Assembly (NCBI GenBank): GCA_950097015.1
Contig: CATNEN010000039.1
Span: forward strand, 17,174,001-17,238,000
Source: Macrostomum hystrix
Taxonomy: Eukaryota > Animalia > Platyhelminthes
DNA: 64,000 nt
Direction of reading: 5' to 3'
Translations under genes and position numbers: made by a program
Part shown: positions 59,850 through 64,000 of the stretch, in pieces
Layout: every line of letters begins with the position of its first letter
Position numbering within the stretch: the stretch's first letter is position 1
The notes under the pieces: generated by a model
Told to the model about the DNA's origin: nothing
The model's database searches: none
The model's input: the letters and a program-made list of their open reading frames with translations, nothing else

Positions 59850-60082
59850 CAAATTGGGTCGGATGTGCAGCCGCAGCTATTGCTGTTCAGTCCATGGACT
59901 GGGGGGACGCCACACCCACCCTCAATTACGTAGCTAATGCTGGTATCTATTCAACAGCTGTTTGAACTGAAACAATGCAGGTTAAGTTAGTGTCTTGTAG
60001 AGTTAAGGGCATGAATTGGTTCAATTGAGTCGGGAATCGAACCCCCGACCTTCAAACCACGAGTCCAACACTCTAATCACTA
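59850..60082 (-). mobile_element. SINE family B copy (internally deleted) downstream of malectin
   Basis: Reverse complement of the family B head and body (ggaatcgaacccccgaccttcaa; gttcagtccatggactggggggacgccacacccacc). Confidence 0.8.
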
Positions 60083-60436
60083 CTAATTGCCCTGCGAAGG
60101 CACAAAAGACGCACACAAAACTCCAAATAGTTCATGTACTCGTAGATAAAGGAACTGGAATGCATTATTGATATTAGGCAACTTTAAACATGGGAATTAT
60201 ATTGTCTAGTCGAAAGAATGTGACACCTCTATTTATCCAACATGGAAAATTATTTGTAAAATTATTTTATTCTCAAATACGTCAGAAAAAAATTAGTTTA
60301 ACGACTGTATTCTGTCCTATCAAATCGTAAATAACGACGCTCATTTTTATCCCAACTCAACCTTGGAACTGATTCAATTTGAAACTAACAGAAGTCCACC
60401 TGTGACGAAATAGCCTGGTGGTGGCAGCTCGGAAGT

Positions 60437-63107
60437 TCACAGCTTGCACAGGCAGAAGAACAGCGGCAGAGCGGCGGCAACAGCGATGAGAACTGGCAGC
60501 AGGGCGGTTGAGGCGGGATCGGACTGGTAGGGATCCAGAGTCTTCGGCCCGGAGGCTAGACGCGCGCGACGTCGCCTGGCCTCTTCTTCGTCCTCCTCCG
60601 AGTTGACTCCGCGACGATCCTGACCCTGGGAATTCTGATGCTGCTGATCGCCGGGCCGCTGCTGACGATGCTGATGATCGTCGTCGTCGTCTGGCAGCAG
60701 AGGAGCCGAATCGTCGTTGTGCGACTGCGGCAGAGGTGGCAGGCGCGGTATCTCGCCTGTGCTGCCTGGAGATTTTGTTCAATAGAAAGCATAATCTACA
60801 TTTCAAATGGAAGAACAGAAGAAAAGAACAATAGCTTAAATTGCTTCCCGAGTCCGCGCCTCTAAACGATCCTAACAAATCTCTTTAATAATAATAATAA
60901 CAATTGCAGGAGGGCTGTGGGCAATGGCACATCATTTGGTGACACTAGACCCGCAGCCAGCGAGGAGGCAATGCTGCCAATTTCGCTGACTCCTGAGCAC
61001 ACACGCACACGCACACACGATACCGTACGCAGGCATTCGCTCACACAGGTGTGTACATCTACCCTGACTTTCTCATCGTCAGGCAGTGTACACTTTCACA
61101 GAGCCTTGTAGATTGGCCCTTCACACGGCGTAAATTGCACAAAAAGCCCCCTTAAGTCTTCTCTCCACGGCTGCGCCCCAAAATGAATGTGGCCTTGCCG
61201 CGGAATCGAGCTCAGGAACCTTGGTGCTAGAGGCACCGATAACGCGATAACTGCTCCTTTGCTCTTGTGAGAGATACAATTCAGACTACTGACAAAAGTA
61301 GAAAAGTAAAGACTTGGCTGCAAAACTCTCACATAACACTAAAAAAGTATCGCCATAAAATGGCAAGGTTAAAAGACACTTCTGTGCACACTAAGAGTGG
61401 TGGGAGAGGACTGCGTGTGGCTATGGCTGACTGACGAAGGCAAACAAGCCAGAAACCGGTCTCGGTCTGCCAGCGCGAGGTTCGTTCCCCACTTTTAGTG
61501 TGTTACAGCTCTCATATCTCCTATGTCACATCTTCCGTTTGCATTATCTCTAGTCTGCTTAAGTCTCCGATGCATTATCTTTCGCGTGTCAAATATCTCA
61601 TTAGTCTCATCCCACTCTAATTAAAAATCCTCCGTTTCTGCAGTCTCCTTTGTCTCATCTCCCCGTCTCTATAGCTTTGTCTCCTGCATTTTTACTCACA
61701 CGTCTCATTTATACTGTTAATTACAATTTGATTAAAAGTGATTATAATTCTAATTAAATTTAATCGAATCGAATTAAAAGTCAAGTAGATAGCATTTATT
61801 TTTTTAGGTTAATTTTTATCTAGATCCCTCCAGATGAAATTTTTCAGCTAATTTGCAAACTCACCCTTAACCAGCACGATTGCATTAATCTTTGGATTAT
61901 CTCGGTCGCCTTTTACAAACTCCAATGACAGGCGCTTTGGCGTTGATGCAATCTGAGAGGCGTCGCTGCCAACAAATAGGCGATTATCCTTGACTTTGAA
62001 TGGCACGATTTCATCATGGGCAACACCTCGGCCCACTTTGCCAAAAATGTCCAACGAGGAGACAATTGTGTGCTCGCCATTCAGAACGACATCAAAGACC
62101 TGTGGTTTTATTATTGTATTTATAGTGCCAATTCAATTTAAGTAAAAGTTCTAATCAAACATACAGCAAACATTTGTGTCAAGCCCATTAAGTTAAAAAT
62201 AAAAAAAACAAATAAATGTGATTTGTCTTTTTTTGCTCTGTTTTTTTCATCTTTAAGCAATAAAAATATGTCAAGAAATACCCCCTGTATGTAAAATTAC
62301 ATTGCTTTGTAGTTTATTTAAATGTGCATTATATAAATTGATATGCATAAAAATGAATGTATACAATTTATAATATAATAAAATACTTCCCTAATATTTT
62401 GTTATTGAAGTTGGTACCATTGTGCCTTATAAGTAGCCTAAATTAAATACTAGCAATATTATACATTTAATATGCAATGGTGTAGCCAACATAGTTTTGT
62501 CAGTTGATTAAGGGAGTCATGGCCTCCCTTGCCCTCCTCCTGGCTATGTCCCTGTTTATATGATATATAACATATGCTATAATATAAAGAATGTGTTTTT
62601 CAAGTGAAGTAAGAACAAATTTTCTATATTTGGGACCATATAAAATAGCAGAGCATTTAGATTGGTATTATAATTAGCAATCTGTAAAGTTCAAGACAGA
62701 GTCATACTTTACAAGAAAAAATATATGCTAAACAAATAACCAAATAATTTTGGTGTGAAAATTACCTTTTGGTTAGGGTTGGCAAACCACACTTCTGAAA
62801 ACTTCAGTATAAGAACATAGTCACCATCACCAGGAATAGGCAGTTCGTAAGTAAAGCTAGCAGTGTGGTATCGCTCTGTCTGATATAAAATCTGATCTTG
62901 ATGAACAACACGCCCAATAACTAAATTCCTGCCATAGTCTGATGCAACGCCAACGTTTAAAAAATCTCTTTGATAACGAATGCCATGAATGTCAGTATGC
63001 TCCGGCCCTCCGCAATTAACAGCCCATATAACATTTAAGGCTTTCGTGTAGGAGACAAACAATGCTAGGATAGTGAAGCACCACATCTGCGCTCGATAGT
63101 CCAGCAT
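60437..63107 (-). CDS. MLEC: Malectin, ~301 aa
   Basis: Exons 63107-62766, 62099-61865 and 60765-60437 (906 nt). Signal peptide, VIWAVNCGG, ASDYG, LYQTERY, LKFSEVWF, KVFDV, DIFGKVG..AHDE, DNPKINAI, acidic linker, SGP..DPY and C-terminal TM ending FCLCKL. Confidence 0.96.
60886..61267 (-). mobile_element. SINE family A copy in malectin intron 2
   Basis: Full-length reverse-complement copy with (AAT)n tail at 60886-60900. Confidence 0.85.
62474..62554. mobile_element. Possible decayed hAT-like MITE remnant
   Basis: Ends caatggtgtagcca ... tggctatgtccctg resemble CAGTGGCGTAGCC-type TIRs with CpG>TpG changes; no TSD confirmed. Confidence 0.35.
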
Positions 63108-64000
63108 GTTTTTACTCTGGACTGCGAATAAATTATATTAACTCTCACAGTTCGATCTTAAGCCGACACACAAAAGCAAAACAATTATGATATCAGGATG
63201 AAAAACAATATAAGACTTAAAATATATTTACTGGCTAGAATCTAAAGTCTTAACTAGTGACATGAAACATGCAATAAATATTTTTATTATCGTTGTAAAG
63301 CTTTTTAACATCGTGTAATCTTGAATTCGTGCTATTTTTACAGAAAGGTATGACACACGTTTACGCACGTATTTAAATTGTGCGTCATGTAAAGAACGTG
63401 TGCTGTAAGTTCAATTGCTCAAGAGATTGTGCTCTCCTTGTTGAACTACTGTCTAAAATCTAAATTATAGCCGCCCGTAATGATAAAGTATCCTCCACGA
63501 AGGCTTTAAGAATTTTTCTAGCTGAATTTTTAGCTGAAATCCTTTTTAAATTAAAGTGCTAAAGATTCTTTCGTAACATTCTTTCTTTCGTTTGCAGGTA
63601 ATTCAGCAAAAGTCGGTCTAAAACTTATCGCATTATTAGCATGTAAAGAAAATAGTTAGTCAAATGAAAATTAAAATATTTCTATCTTACAAGTATAAGA
63701 CTGAACATTATTTATGAAAGCAGGATGAAAAAAATCTTAAACATTTTCGTATATTCAAGTTAAAAAACTACCGGCAGTCTAGCAAACTGAACAGTAAACC
63801 AAAATATGAAAAATTAATAGTTCTGAAGAACAAAGTAGCCAGGCCTATTTAAAATATATATTTCTGATACATAAGGCTTAGAATAATTTATAAGTTTTTA
63901 CGCAAACCAGGATAGTAAAAACTTTCAAAGTCAAGTAAATGCCTAAATATGCACTGCTACAAGTCCTGCAACTACTTATCTATATACGGCTGTCGGTGTT

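Overview
Eukaryotic (metazoan) genomic DNA with spliceosomal introns. GC-rich exons with poly-Ala/Gln/Ser tracts, introns filled with 8-48 bp minisatellites and tRNA-derived SINEs suggest a free-living flatworm such as Macrostomum; this is an inference, not proven. Seven protein-coding genes could be reconstructed by hand with frame-consistent splice junctions: the 3' part of a dopamine-type SLC6 transporter (+), a divergent NAXE/YjeF-N protein (-), an orphan ~492-aa possible beta-propeller protein (-), an intronless ~625-aa tail-anchored orphan nested antisense in that gene's intron 2 (+), a DPY30-domain DYDC-like protein (+), WASHC2/FAM21 (+, 13 coding exons) and malectin (-). About 25 tandem arrays account for most ORFs in the supplied track, and those ORFs are spurious. 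Also present are two SINE families, an internally deleted Ty3/Gypsy LTR element and a small TIR element with an 8-bp TSD. Best leads: (i) intron 2 of the orphan gene is bracketed by complementary copies of one 32-bp minisatellite that could loop out the nested gene; (ii) the first conserved WASHC2 exon has no in-frame ATG and may take its initiator from a spliced leader ending in AUG; (iii) sharp CpG deserts occur only in the 5' portions of the two housekeeping genes; (iv) the NAXE-like protein has lost canonical active-site residues. All coordinates and counts were read by eye, and array edges are approximate.
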